This document shows, one piece after another, positions 1 through 9,433 of a stretch of 64,000 bases of DNA (within the stretch, counting starts at the first letter, position 1; the number at the start of each line of letters is the position of its first letter). Location of the stretch: NCBI GenBank assembly GCA_964586675.1, contig CAZPHQ010000003.1:66233-130232 (forward strand), in the 5' to 3' direction. The notes beneath the pieces are model-generated. The model did no database searches, was not told where the DNA came from, and saw only the letters and a list, made by a program, of their open reading frames with translations. This DNA is from an uncultured Spirochaetia bacterium. Its GTDB lineage: Bacteria; Desulfobacterota_D; UBA1144; Nemesobacterales; UBA2774. Position numbers and translations under genes: made by a program.

Positions 1-488
1 TTCAGAAACTCCGCGACCGGCTTCCACGCAAATGGTATGACCTCTATCGGAACGGGAAAATGCGTCCCGAGCCTCGGCGAGAGCTTGCTCTCGTCGACGA
101 CCATCACATTCCGCCTGCTCGCTTGCGCAAGGACCTTTTCACGCAGCAGCGCCCCGCCGCCTCCCTTTATGAGGTTAAGCGCCGGATCGACTTCGTCGGC
201 CCCGTCTATCGTGAGGTCAATCGCCTGCTTCTCGTCGAAGGTTATAAGCGGAATACCGAATTCCCTGGCGCTCTTTTCAGTATCCAGAGAGCTGGGTATG
301 CCGACTATGTCCTTGAGCCGCCCGTCGGCGAGCCTTTTCCCGATCTCTTCCAGTGCAAAGTGAGTGGTGCTGCCGGTGCCGAGCCCGAGGACCATGCCCG
401 GGCTTACGAGGTCTACGGCGCTTATGCCGGCCTCTCTCTTGAGCCTGTCCTGAAGGGCCTTGCCGTTTGCGTTCGGAGATTTGCTCAA
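1..488 (-). CDS. rpiA: Ribose-5-phosphate isomerase A. The gene runs off the window start, so its C-terminus is missing. The start is probably the TTG at 486-488.
   Basis: My own minus-strand translation gives ...[23 protein letters not shown]...IVGIPSS...[26 protein letters not shown]...VVDESKL...FPVPIEVIP. These are the RpiA motifs GxGTGST, DGADE and KGGGGAL. The reading frame stays open to coordinate 1. Confidence 0.6.
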   Translation of the reverse strand, partial: MSKSPNANGKALQDRLKREAGISAVDLVSPGMVLGLGTGSTTHFALEEIGKRLADGRLKDIVGIPSSLDTEKSAREFGIPLITFDEKQAIDLTIDGADEVDPALNLIKGGGGALLREKVLAQASRRNVMVVDESKLSPRLGTHFPVPIEVIPFAWKPVAEFL

Positions 489-1240
489 CCCGCGCTCTCC
501 CTTGCGCCGCTCAGCTCGCGCATGAATTCGTCGACAGCAGGGATGAGCTGTGTAGCGTCGTCCAGTATCTTCATGGCCGGGGACGGCGGAAGGGCATGAA
601 CGCCCGCGCGCGTGTAATCCGTCGTTACGACCATGCAGTACATCTTCGCCGCAAGCGCGGCCTTAACGCCCGAGGCCGAATCCTCTACGACGAGGCATTC
701 GTAGTGCTCGATGCCGAGATACCCGGCTAAAAGATTGTATATCTCCGGGTCGGGCTTCCCCCTGTCGACATCTTCTATCGTGGCCACGAAATCGAAATCG
801 TCCGCGATGCCGAGGACGTCCATAACCCTGTAAGCCTCTTCCCTGTGTGACATCGTTCCGAGGCCCGTGGGGTAACCTTCGGCTCTCACCTTTTTAAGAA
901 GCCCGTAGTTATAAGGGCACAAATGCTGCTTCAGGGTTTCGGGGTCTGATATCATCTGAAAATAGCTCTTGAGCCTTATCTCGACAAAGGCCTGCCACGG
1001 CGCGGAAACGCCGAACTTCTTCATCCTCGCCGCGGCTTTCTCACCGAGATCGAAACGTTTTAGGAGACCCTCCGCGACTTCCTTCCGCGAGAGGCCGACG
1101 TAGTCTTTGAACGCGGCGATTACCTCGTCTTCGGTGAGTCCGCCGTCGAGCTCCACGGCAGCCCGCGCGTACGACTTAGCTTTTAACGCTTCGGTCTGGA
1201 CGAGCGTGCCGTCGAGATCGAATATGAACGCTTTTATCAC
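485..1240 (-). CDS. HAD-superfamily hydrolase, beta-phosphoglucomutase/sugar-phosphatase-like. GTG start.
   Basis: The N-terminus [10 protein letters not shown] is HAD motif I (DxDGT). Size is 251 aa. It sits between rpiA and the tal-pgi fusion. Confidence 0.75.
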   Translation of the reverse strand: MIKAFIFDLDGTLVQTEALKAKSYARAAVELDGGLTEDEVIAAFKDYVGLSRKEVAEGLLKRFDLGEKAAARMKKFGVSAPWQAFVEIRLKSYFQMISDPETLKQHLCPYNYGLLKKVRAEGYPTGLGTMSHREEAYRVMDVLGIADDFDFVATIEDVDRGKPDPEIYNLLAGYLGIEHYECLVVEDSASGVKAALAAKMYCMVVTTDYTRAGVHALPPSPAMKILDDATQLIPAVDEFMRELSGARESAG

Positions 1241-1252
1241 TGCTCATTCCTT

Positions 1253-4081
1253 CTATAGAAGTTTCGCGAGCTTGTTTATGCCTCCGACGACGTCCTCGCC
1301 GAGATGGAAAGTTATGACCTTCCTCTTCACGTTGAGAAGGGCCTGGCGGTCTCCGAGCGCCTCGGCGTTCACGAATACGCCGAACGATATGGACGACGCC
1401 TTCTTGCCCGGCTCGTCCGGTATCGGAGCGTCCTCGGGTTTTTCGGAAGTGAACTGTATAAAGAGGCCGTGCCCGGCGTCGCCCTTGTGGAGCTGCCCCG
1501 TGGAATGGAGGAACCTTGGGCCGTAGCCGACCGTCGTCGCGAGCCTGTATTTCTTCTGCACCTTGCTTCGGAGCTTCTGGAGCGCGGCGTATGTTTCATC
1601 CGAGGGCTTCACGTAAGCCTGAAACGCGACGTAGCTTCTTCCCTTGCCCTCGTCCCTCCCGGGCTTTGCGTAAGACAGGAATTTCGTGAGGGCTTCCTCA
1701 AGGCTCTTCGCCTTGAAGTCTGAATATACGGTTATATCGCCCACTTCGAGCTTGTTCGCCTTCATCGGAGGGAGCTGACCTTTTTTCTGGTACTCGGCTA
1801 TCATGTTGCGGGCGAGCACCTTCGCGGCCTCTACGTTCGGCTGGTCGAAAGGATTTATGCCTATGATGCGCCCGGCGATAGCTATCGCCATCTCCCACCT
1901 GAAGAATTCTCCGCCGAGAGCGTATATATCTTTCAGATTGATGTAGACGACAGGATGCCCGGCCTTCTCAACAGCCTTCACCTGCTTGTCGTAGGTGCTG
2001 TCGTCAACGAGGCGAAGGTAAACGAATAACCTGTCGTTCGCGTAAAATTCCGGCGCCGCGAGAGGCTCTCTGTCGACGGGGAGTATGCCCTTTCCTTCCT
2101 TGCCGGTGCTTTCGGCTATCAGCTGCTCTACCCACGAGCCGAAGCTCTCGATCGGAGGGGAGGCGACGAGCGTAACCTTATCATGCCCGGCCTTTGCGAG
2201 CTCGCCGAGTATAGCGCCGAGCCAAACGCCCGACTGGTTGCCCTTCCCCGAATCGCTGCAGCTCTCGTTGTTATGGAGCATCGTTATCGCCCTTCCGAGG
2301 AGCGTATCGAGATCGACTCCCTGAAACGCCGCCGGCGGAATGCCGACGAACGAGAGGGCCGAGTAGCGACCGCCGATGTTGGGGTCGTTTAAGAAAATTT
2401 TTCTGAACTTGAGCTCCGTCGCCAGTTTCTGAAGCCCGCTTCCCGGGTCGGTTATGGCTATGAAATGCTTGCCGACTTCTTTTTTGCCGACCTCGGCCAG
2501 CGTCTCGTTGTAGAAATATTTCATGAAGGAAAGCGTCTCCGCGGTGCCCCCGGATTTCGTCGAAACGAGGAAGACCGTCTTCGACATGTCGAGGCGATTA
2601 CGCTGCTCGAGAACGGCCCCCGGATCGGTGCTGTCGAGCACCGCTACGTCGAGGTAGCCCTTTTTCACGCCGTATGTCTCGCGTAAGACGAGCGGCGCGA
2701 GGCTCGACCCGCCCATTCCCAGGAGGAGTGCGTTCTTATAGCCGTCGGCCTTCACCTCGTCGACGACTTTTCTTATATCGGGAAGTGCGTCCACCATGAC
2801 TTCGGGGATGTGAAGCCATCCGAGCCTGTTGCTGATTTCGGTCGGGTCGTCCCTCCAGACCATGTAATCGAAGTTCCAGATTTTCTGTACGATGTTGTCG
2901 GCCGCGATTCCCTGAAGGGTTTTATCAACGGCCGCCTGATACTTTCCCAGGGATGCGGTATATGCCTCCTTGCTGCCTTCGAGCTCCTTCTTTTTCTGCT
3001 CGATGCTCGACATAAGGGTTTTAAACGAATCCGCGAAGAGACCGACGCCTTCCTTGAGGAGCTTTTTCGTCACGTCATCGAGGTCGATGCCGAGCTTCCC
3101 GAGCTTCTTCACATCCTCCCTCGCTTTTTTCACGCCCTTGGTTATCGTGAGCACGGGCTTTCCATGATCCTTGAACGCCTTGTACGTCGCGGGCGGGACG
3201 GTGTTTACGGTATCCGGCCCTATCAGCTCGTCGACGTAAAGCGTATCAGGATACGCCGGGTTCTTCGTGCTCGTGCTCGCCCAGAGCGGCCTCTGCACCC
3301 TCGCCCCCGCATCGGCGAGCTTCTTCCATCTCTTGCCCTTGAATATGTTTCTGAAGTCGTCGTAAGCGATCTTCGCGTTGGCTACAGCTATCTTGCCCTG
3401 AAGGTCCTTGTTGCCGATCTTTTCGAGCTGGGGATCGACAGCGGTATCAACACGGCTGACGAAGAAGGAGGCTACGGAGGCTATCCTGTCCACCCTGTGC
3501 CCCTTGAACACCGATGGCCCGCTGGCCGCGAGCCTTTCGAGCCCCTCTATGTAGGCTTCCGCGACAGCCTTATACTGCTCGAGGCTGAATATGAGGGTTA
3601 CGTTGACGTTTACTCCCGAGGCGATGAGCTCCGTTATGGCCGGCATGCCGGCCTTTGTCGCCGGCACTTTTATCATAACATTCGGCCGGCCGAGCGTCAG
3701 GTAGTAGCGCTTGGCCTCGCGTATCGTTTTCTTGGTGTCGTTCGCGAGCGTCGGGCTCACCTCAAGGCTTATGAAACCGTCCCGCCCTTCCGTCTCGTCG
3801 TAGAGCGGCCTGAAGAGGTCGGCGGCCATCGCGATATCCTTGAGCGCGAGGGCCTCGTATATCTCGTTAACTGATTTGCCTTCGGCGACGAGGGCCTTGA
3901 AATCCTCGTCGTAATCCGAGCTTCCGGCTATCGCCTTTTCGAGTATGGAAGGGTTCGACGTCTCGCCCCTGAGCCCCTCGTCTATGAGGGCCTTCAGCTC
4001 TCCCGAGGTTAAAAACGATCTTCTTATATAATCGTACCAAATCGACTGACCCAGCTTGGTCAAATCATGGATTGTGGACAT
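1253..4081 (-). CDS. Bifunctional transaldolase / glucose-6-phosphate isomerase fusion protein, 942 aa.
   Basis: The N-terminal ~350 aa (LGQSIWYDYIRR...NPSI) look like transaldolase. The C-terminal ~550 aa carry phosphoglucose-isomerase motifs (GGRYSALS, SGI/sugar-isomerase fold). It is one uninterrupted ORF. Confidence 0.8.
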   Translation of the reverse strand: MSTIHDLTKLGQSIWYDYIRRSFLTSGELKALIDEGLRGETSNPSILEKAIAGSSDYDEDFKALVAEGKSVNEIYEALALKDIAMAADLFRPLYDETEGRDGFISLEVSPTLANDTKKTIREAKRYYLTLGRPNVMIKVPATKAGMPAITELIASGVNVNVTLIFSLEQYKAVAEAYIEGLERLAASGPSVFKGHRVDRIASVASFFVSRVDTAVDPQLEKIGNKDLQGKIAVANAKIAYDDFRNIFKGKRWKKLADAGARVQRPLWASTSTKNPAYPDTLYVDELIGPDTVNTVPPATYKAFKDHGKPVLTITKGVKKAREDVKKLGKLGIDLDDVTKKLLKEGVGLFADSFKTLMSSIEQKKKELEGSKEAYTASLGKYQAAVDKTLQGIAADNIVQKIWNFDYMVWRDDPTEISNRLGWLHIPEVMVDALPDIRKVVDEVKADGYKNALLLGMGGSSLAPLVLRETYGVKKGYLDVAVLDSTDPGAVLEQRNRLDMSKTVFLVSTKSGGTAETLSFMKYFYNETLAEVGKKEVGKHFIAITDPGSGLQKLATELKFRKIFLNDPNIGGRYSALSFVGIPPAAFQGVDLDTLLGRAITMLHNNESCSDSGKGNQSGVWLGAILGELAKAGHDKVTLVASPPIESFGSWVEQLIAESTGKEGKGILPVDREPLAAPEFYANDRLFVYLRLVDDSTYDKQVKAVEKAGHPVVYINLKDIYALGGEFFRWEMAIAIAGRIIGINPFDQPNVEAAKVLARNMIAEYQKKGQLPPMKANKLEVGDITVYSDFKAKSLEEALTKFLSYAKPGRDEGKGRSYVAFQAYVKPSDETYAALQKLRSKVQKKYRLATTVGYGPRFLHSTGQLHKGDAGHGLFIQFTSEKPEDAPIPDEPGKKASSISFGVFVNAEALGDRQALLNVKRKVITFHLGEDVVGGINKLAKLL

Positions 4082-4160
4082 TCGTTTTCCCCCGTACTTT
4101 GATTTTTCGCTTCGCCCGGCGGCGACTGCGGCAATATTGCAATATCCTGTTAAATCTACT

Positions 4161-6224
4161 TCATTTTTTCGCGGTTTTACCCGTTTTCTTTTTCGCGTTC
4201 ATGTCGAGCACCTCTTTCGCTTTCGCGACGACGTGGTCAACTGTAAATCCGAACTCGGGAAGAAGGGCGCCAATGGGAGCCGATTCCCCGAACGTGCTTA
4301 TCCCTATCACTCCGCCCCTGTCGTATGAGCCGACGTACCTCCGCCATCCGAAAGTGGAGCCGGCCTCGACCGACACCCTAGCATGAACGGAAAGCGGCAG
4401 CACCTCCTCCCAGTACTCGGGCCCCTGCATTTCGTAGAGCGACCAGCAAGGCATGCTCACCACGCGGACATTTACGCCCTCTTTCTTTAAGACTTCGTAC
4501 GCCCCGAGGCAGAGCTGAACCTCGGAGCCCGTGCCTATGAGTATTATCTCGGGCTTTTTACCGCTGTCGGCAAGTATGTAAGCTCCCCTGAGCGCTCCCT
4601 CGGCCGGGGCGTAGACGCTCCTGTCGAACGTCGGGATGTCCTGCCTCGTGAGTATGAGCGCGACCGGGCGGTCTTTAACTGTCATTATGTATTTCCATAG
4701 CTGGCTCAGCTCGTTCGCGTCGGCCGGCCTTATGACGTCGAGGTTCGGAATGGCGCGGAGCGACGCGAGATGCTCTATAGGCTGGTGCGTCGGGCCGTCT
4801 TCGCCGAGGCCGATGCTGTCGTGAGTGAATATGAAAACGACCGGGATGCGCATCAGGCACGCGAGCCTGAGAGGCGCCCTCATGTAATCGGAGAAAACAA
4901 AGTAAGTCGCGGTGTAGGGCTTGAGCTTGCTGAGACACATTCCATTCGCAGAGGCCGCCATGGCGTTTTCCCTTATGCCGAAGTGAAAATTCTTTCCGTC
5001 GTAGATCCCTTTCTCGAAGCTGGCCGCGCCGTCGATGTAGGTCTTGGTCGAAGAGCCGACGTCGGCCGCGCCGCCTAACAGGAACGGATACACGGGGACT
5101 ATGGCGTTCAGTATCTTACTATTTGCTGTACGCGTCGCCGGGCCTTTCGGATTCGGCGGGAAAACGGGCAGCACCTTTTCCCATCCCTCCGGCATTTCCC
5201 TTTGCTGCAGCCTCCTGAATTCCTTCGCGAGGTCGGGATAAACTTTTTCGTAGGCGCTGAACTTCTTGTTCCATTCGTCCTCGGCGACAGCGCCCTTTCT
5301 TATAACGGTTTCCCTGTACTCCTTCACTTCCTCGGGGACGTAAAACTTTTTGTCCGGGTCCCAGCCGTAGTTTATTTTTGTCTTCCTTATTTCTTCTTCG
5401 CCGAGGGGTTCGCCGTGTGCGGCCGAGGTGTCCTGCTTGTTCGGGCTCCCGTATCCGATGTGGCTGTCGACGATTATCAGCGAGGGCTGCTCGTTTTCGT
5501 GAAGCGCCCTCTCGATTGCTTCGGAAAGTAATTCTAGGTCGTTCGCGTCGCCTACTCGCTGAACGTGCCAGTTGTATCCCATGAACCTCGCGGCGACGTC
5601 CTCGCTGAAGGCTAGTGCGGTGTGCCCTTCGATGGTGATGTGGTTGTTGTCGTAAAACCATATGAGGTTACTCAGGCCGAGGTGCCCCGCGAGCGACGCC
5701 GCCTCGCCCGATATACCTTCCATCATGCAGCCGTCGCCGCATATGGCGAATATGTTGTAGTTGATTATCTCGTGGCCCGGCTTGTTGAAATAGGCTGCGA
5801 GCCACCTTTCCGCTATCGCCATGCCGACGGACGTGGCGACGCCCTGGCCGAGTGGGCCCGTGGTCGTTTCGACGCCGGGGGTGAGGCCGTATTCCGGGTG
5901 CCCCGCGCACTTACTGTGGAGCTGCCGGAAAGTTTTAATGTCGTCCAGGGAAACGTCGTATCCCGTCAGGTGAAGGAGGCTGTAAAGGAGCATCGAGGCG
6001 TGGCCGTTCGAAAGGACGAAACGGTCGCGGCCGGGCCAGTCCGGGTTCTTCGGATTAAATTTCATGAACCTGTCCCATATCGCGAACGCCACCGGCGCAA
6101 GCGCCATCGGCGTCCCCGGGTGGCCGGAGTTGGCCTTCTGAACGGCGTCCATCGAAAGGGTGCGTACGGTATTTATTATGAGCTGCTCGAGCTTGTCTAT
6201 TTTGCCTTTTGGGATTGAATCCAT
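4161..6224 (-). CDS. tkt: Transketolase.
   Basis: 687 aa. The N-terminus has ANSGHPG and MALAP motifs. TPP-binding GDG and HDSIGLGEDGPTHQP motifs are also present. Confidence 0.9.
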   Translation of the reverse strand: MDSIPKGKIDKLEQLIINTVRTLSMDAVQKANSGHPGTPMALAPVAFAIWDRFMKFNPKNPDWPGRDRFVLSNGHASMLLYSLLHLTGYDVSLDDIKTFRQLHSKCAGHPEYGLTPGVETTTGPLGQGVATSVGMAIAERWLAAYFNKPGHEIINYNIFAICGDGCMMEGISGEAASLAGHLGLSNLIWFYDNNHITIEGHTALAFSEDVAARFMGYNWHVQRVGDANDLELLSEAIERALHENEQPSLIIVDSHIGYGSPNKQDTSAAHGEPLGEEEIRKTKINYGWDPDKKFYVPEEVKEYRETVIRKGAVAEDEWNKKFSAYEKVYPDLAKEFRRLQQREMPEGWEKVLPVFPPNPKGPATRTANSKILNAIVPVYPFLLGGAADVGSSTKTYIDGAASFEKGIYDGKNFHFGIRENAMAASANGMCLSKLKPYTATYFVFSDYMRAPLRLACLMRIPVVFIFTHDSIGLGEDGPTHQPIEHLASLRAIPNLDVIRPADANELSQLWKYIMTVKDRPVALILTRQDIPTFDRSVYAPAEGALRGAYILADSGKKPEIILIGTGSEVQLCLGAYEVLKKEGVNVRVVSMPCWSLYEMQGPEYWEEVLPLSVHARVSVEAGSTFGWRRYVGSYDRGGVIGISTFGESAPIGALLPEFGFTVDHVVAKAKEVLDMNAKKKTGKTAKK

Positions 6225-6551
6225 AACTTTTCTCCTCAGATATACATTTTGGAATTAATTATTAACTGCGTATTAAGACGGGAAATAGGCAAAATTTTGT
6301 AAGCGGATCTCGCAGTCCTTTTTTGCGGGCAGCACGGGATAACAGGAATGCCCCGAGCGCAGCGTGAGACTACGAGTGCAGTCCCGGTTTCGCGGATTTT
6401 CCTTTGTTAATTCGAATACCGTGTATGGGAGAGCTTGTTTTCGAGACAAGTTTCTTCCTCGATCGAGCGGCAGCGGGTTCGGCGGAATTTAAGAACTATT
6501 CTCCAGAGAATTATCACACAACGGACGGGCTTTTTCAAGAAAGCCCGGGGC

Positions 6552-7328
6552 TCAAATCTCATGCCCGAGCGCGGCCCCGACTATCCCGGCGTCGTTCAGC
6601 ATCTCGGCGTCGACCACTTCGGCCCGGAGCTTGAGATAAGGGAAAAACTTATCGGAGCTTGCGCTTACCCCGCCGCCTATGATAAAGAGGTCAGGCGATA
6701 AATAGCGCTCCATGTGCCTTAGATACTTGTCGACCCTTTTGCCCCATTTTTTCCAACTTAGCTTATGAATCTCTCTCTGAAGAGCGGACGCACGAGTTTC
6801 GGCGTCGACGCCGTCGATTTCTATGTGGCCGAATTCGGTGTTCCTGACGAGCTGGCCGTCGACGAAAAGAGCGGTTCCTATGCCGGTCCCCAGGGTTACC
6901 ATCAGAACGATCCCCCCTTCCGGATTGTTACGCTTCTTTCCGGCGCCGAATTTCATCTCGGCGAGCCCGGCGGCGTCGGCGTCGTTTATCACGACAGCCT
7001 TACACTTGTGGAATTTCTCGATCTCGTCCCTTATGTTGACCCCTATCCACTTTTTGGAAAGGTTAGCCGCCGTGTAGACCTCGCCGTCCTTCATCACTCC
7101 CGGGAACCCGCATCCGACGCTCCCCTCCCACTTCCAGTGGTCTATGACGCCGTGAAGCGCGGCGAGCATCTTCTTCGGCGTCGCGGGTCGGGGGGTTTCG
7201 ACCCGGTATCTTTCAGCGAGCAGCGCTCCCTTTTCCGTATCCACGGGCGCGGCCTTGATTCCTGTCCCGCCGATGTCTATTCCGAGTATGGTCGATTTTT
7301 TCGGGGAGGATTTTTTACTTCCGGGCAT
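6552..7328 (-). CDS. ppgK: Polyphosphate glucokinase / ROK-family glucokinase.
   Basis: LGIDIGGTGIK ATPase-fold N-terminus. ROK/PPGK-like overall pattern with the GHIEID motif. Confidence 0.7.
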   Translation of the reverse strand: MPGSKKSSPKKSTILGIDIGGTGIKAAPVDTEKGALLAERYRVETPRPATPKKMLAALHGVIDHWKWEGSVGCGFPGVMKDGEVYTAANLSKKWIGVNIRDEIEKFHKCKAVVINDADAAGLAEMKFGAGKKRNNPEGGIVLMVTLGTGIGTALFVDGQLVRNTEFGHIEIDGVDAETRASALQREIHKLSWKKWGKRVDKYLRHMERYLSPDLFIIGGGVSASSDKFFPYLKLRAEVVDAEMLNDAGIVGAALGHEI

Positions 7329-7565
7329 TGGCTTTTCCTTTCGTCAGCAAGTTTTTCTAATTCTACACCAACTAGCGCCGGAATTTAAAGACCCGTGGGG
7401 TTTAAACGGCAGTGGCCGGCGCGGAAACGAAATTCGAATGAATCTTTACAAAGCCCGGGGAATCATAATAATATCTGGTCCGCCGGTTTTAGACCGCGCG
7501 GCGCTCGGGCGCGGAAAGACTTCGCGCCTCAATCTACATAACTTACGAAGCGGGAGGTAAGCGAA
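7329..7565 (+). ncRNA. Structured GC-rich 5' leader of the gdx/sugE gene. Candidate guanidine-responsive riboswitch; its class is unresolved.
   Basis: The leader contains a CUAG...CGCCGG/CCGGCG stem and an AAAGCCCGGGGAAU element that partly resembles the 3' end of the guanidine-I (ykkC) aptamer (from memory). Two hairpins are mutually exclusive: CCGCGC/GCGCGG at 7494-7514 and GGCGCG(gaaagacuu)CGCGCC at 7508-7528. The GGGAGG RBS lies 9 nt before the ATG at 7566. Confidence 0.35.
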
Positions 7566-7889
7566 ATGGCGTGGATTTATTTACTCTTGGCAGGAATGAT
7601 AGAGATGGGATGGCCGCTCGGACTCAAATACGCATGGACCGAAAAGGGCGTACAGATCGTCCCGGCGATAATAGCCATAATATGCATACTCATAAGCGGA
7701 TTCCTCCTTTTCCTGGCCCAGAGGGAGATACCCGTGGGCACCGCTTACGCAATCTGGACGGGTCTCGGCACGGTCGGCACCTTCGCGCTCGGCATCATAC
7801 TCTTCGGAGAGCCCGCGCAGGCGATGAGGTTCGTCTTCGTCGGGTTCATACTGGCGGGAATCGTCGGGTTAAAGCTCGTATCCTCCTGA
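7566..7889 (+). CDS. sugE: SMR-family guanidinium exporter (SugE/Gdx).
   Basis: 107 aa with four TM helices. The sequence MAWIYLLLAGMIEMGWPLGLKY...VGTAYAIWTGLGTVGT...GIVGLKL is close to E. coli SugE over its full length. Confidence 0.85.
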   Translation: MAWIYLLLAGMIEMGWPLGLKYAWTEKGVQIVPAIIAIICILISGFLLFLAQREIPVGTAYAIWTGLGTVGTFALGIILFGEPAQAMRFVFVGFILAGIVGLKLVSS

Positions 7890-7956
7890 CGTCCGTGATA
7901 CAGGTCCTGTGTTATAATCTCCGATTAAACACGGTTCCCGAGGGCACGGAGTCAGG

Positions 7957-8670
7957 ATGAGTAAGGCTGCGTTAATCACAGGCGGCGGCATGAGGCTCGG
8001 AAAAGCCATGGCGCTTACGCTGGCCGAAATGGGTTACGACATAGCCCTTCATTACAACAGCTCCGCGTCCGAATCGGAAAAAACCGCGGGTGAGATAAGG
8101 AGCCTCGGCAGGAGCTGCGAGATATTCAAGGCGGATCTCCTTAAAATGGAAGAGGTCAGAACTCTCGTTCCCCGCGTCTTTGAGGCATTCCCCGGGTGCA
8201 GCGTCCTTATAAACAGCGCCTCCGTTTTCGAGAATATCCGCTTTCCGGACGTGACTGAAGAAAGCTTCGACAGGGATATGAACATAAACTTCAAGGCGCC
8301 GTTTTTCTTGTCCCAGGATTTCGCCAGGGGAGCGTCCGCCGGGCTTATCGTCAACATGCTCGATTCCCGCGTATCGACCAACGCTACGAGCTACTTCGTA
8401 TATCACCTCGGCAAGAAGGCGCTCAGGGACTTTACGCTCATGGCCGCGAAGGCGCTCGGACCGCGTATACGCGTAAACGCTATATGCCCCGGTCCGGTCC
8501 TCCCGCCCCCCGGAGAGGGCGAGGAGTACCTCATACGCATCTCGCAGGATACGCCCATCGGGAAGCCCGGAAGCCCGGAATACATAACGGCCGCGTTAAA
8601 ATATATAATCGAAAACACGTACATCACAGGTGAGTGCCTCTTCGTAGACGGGGGGCAGCACCTTCTCTAG
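7957..8670 (+). CDS. Short-chain dehydrogenase, FolM / pteridine-reductase-like.
   Basis: Rossmann N-terminus ITGGGMRLG. YxxxK motif (YHLGK). The C-terminal TGECLFVDGGQHLL resembles the FolM/PTR1 C-terminus. The gene lies directly upstream of folB and folK. Confidence 0.65.
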   Translation: MSKAALITGGGMRLGKAMALTLAEMGYDIALHYNSSASESEKTAGEIRSLGRSCEIFKADLLKMEEVRTLVPRVFEAFPGCSVLINSASVFENIRFPDVTEESFDRDMNINFKAPFFLSQDFARGASAGLIVNMLDSRVSTNATSYFVYHLGKKALRDFTLMAAKALGPRIRVNAICPGPVLPPPGEGEEYLIRISQDTPIGKPGSPEYITAALKYIIENTYITGECLFVDGGQHLL

Positions 8671-8682
8671 GCGGAAGAGCTG

Positions 8683-9030
8683 ATGATAATAAACATAGAG
8701 AATTTGAGACTCAGAACCGTAGTCGGGATATTCGAATGGGAGAAGAACGTAAAGCAGGACATCATCATCAACATCGAGATAGAATTCGACGGCGCGAAGG
8801 CAATTGAAAGCGACGACATCGCTCACACGATAGACTACAAATCGATCACGAAGAAGATCATCGCCGAGGTTGAAGAGAGGGAATATAACCTCATCGAGAA
8901 AATAGCCGGCGACGTCGTGAGAATTATCATGGAAGACGAAAGGGTCGAAGCGGCGGCAGTCAGGATAGACAAGCCGGGGGCGCTCCGATTCGCAGACTCG
9001 GTTTCCGTTATACACACGGAGTCCAGATAA
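8683..9030 (+). CDS. folB: Dihydroneopterin aldolase.
   Basis: 115 aa with a FolB-like pattern (LRL.VGIFEWEK......SDD...TIDY). Confidence 0.8.
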   Translation: MIINIENLRLRTVVGIFEWEKNVKQDIIINIEIEFDGAKAIESDDIAHTIDYKSITKKIIAEVEEREYNLIEKIAGDVVRIIMEDERVEAAAVRIDKPGALRFADSVSVIHTESR

Positions 9031-9043
9031 AAACCCCAATCAA

Positions 9044-9433
9044 ATGAAAACCAACCTGGCAGTCCTCGGACTGGGCTCGAACATCGATCCCGAAGAGAAT
9101 ATCCACAAGGCGACGGAGATGATCCGCGCCGAATTCGGCCTTATAAAAATTTCCTCTTTCATCACGACAGAGCCCGTGGGATTTAAAGAGCAGGCCCCTT
9201 TTCTAAACGGAGCCCTCCTCATTGAAACGGAACTGGACGCGGCGGCGCTCAAGATTCGCCTGAGGGAGATCGAGACCGCTCTCGGGAGGGTCAGAGCGGA
9301 AAACAAAAACGGCCCGCGTACTATCGACCTCGACATACTGGTATGGAACGGCGAGGTCGTTGACGACGACGTCTACGAGAGGGAGTTTCTCAAATCCTCT
9401 ATAGTAGAGCTTCTTCCCGGCTTTATCTTTTAG
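9044..9433 (+). CDS. folK: 2-amino-4-hydroxy-6-hydroxymethyldihydropteridine pyrophosphokinase (HPPK).
   Basis: LGLGSN....I..A......L.KISS.Y.T.PVG...Q..FLN...L.ET and RTIDLDIL motifs. Confidence 0.85.
   Translation: MKTNLAVLGLGSNIDPEENIHKATEMIRAEFGLIKISSFITTEPVGFKEQAPFLNGALLIETELDAAALKIRLREIETALGRVRAENKNGPRTIDLDILVWNGEVVDDDVYEREFLKSSIVELLPGFIF

Noticed and set aside
2810-3874. 354-aa plus-strand ORF
   Set aside because: It lies entirely within, and antisense to, the tal-pgi fusion gene, which has strong homology support.
7329-7565. Guanidine-II (mini-ykkC) or guanidine-III riboswitch upstream of sugE
   Set aside because: I could not find two hairpins with ACGR loops (guanidine-II). The CCGG...ACCCGG pseudoknot with a GGACAAGACGGCGC-type 3' end (guanidine-III) is also absent. 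Only a partial ykkC-like resemblance remains, which I report as a finding with low confidence.
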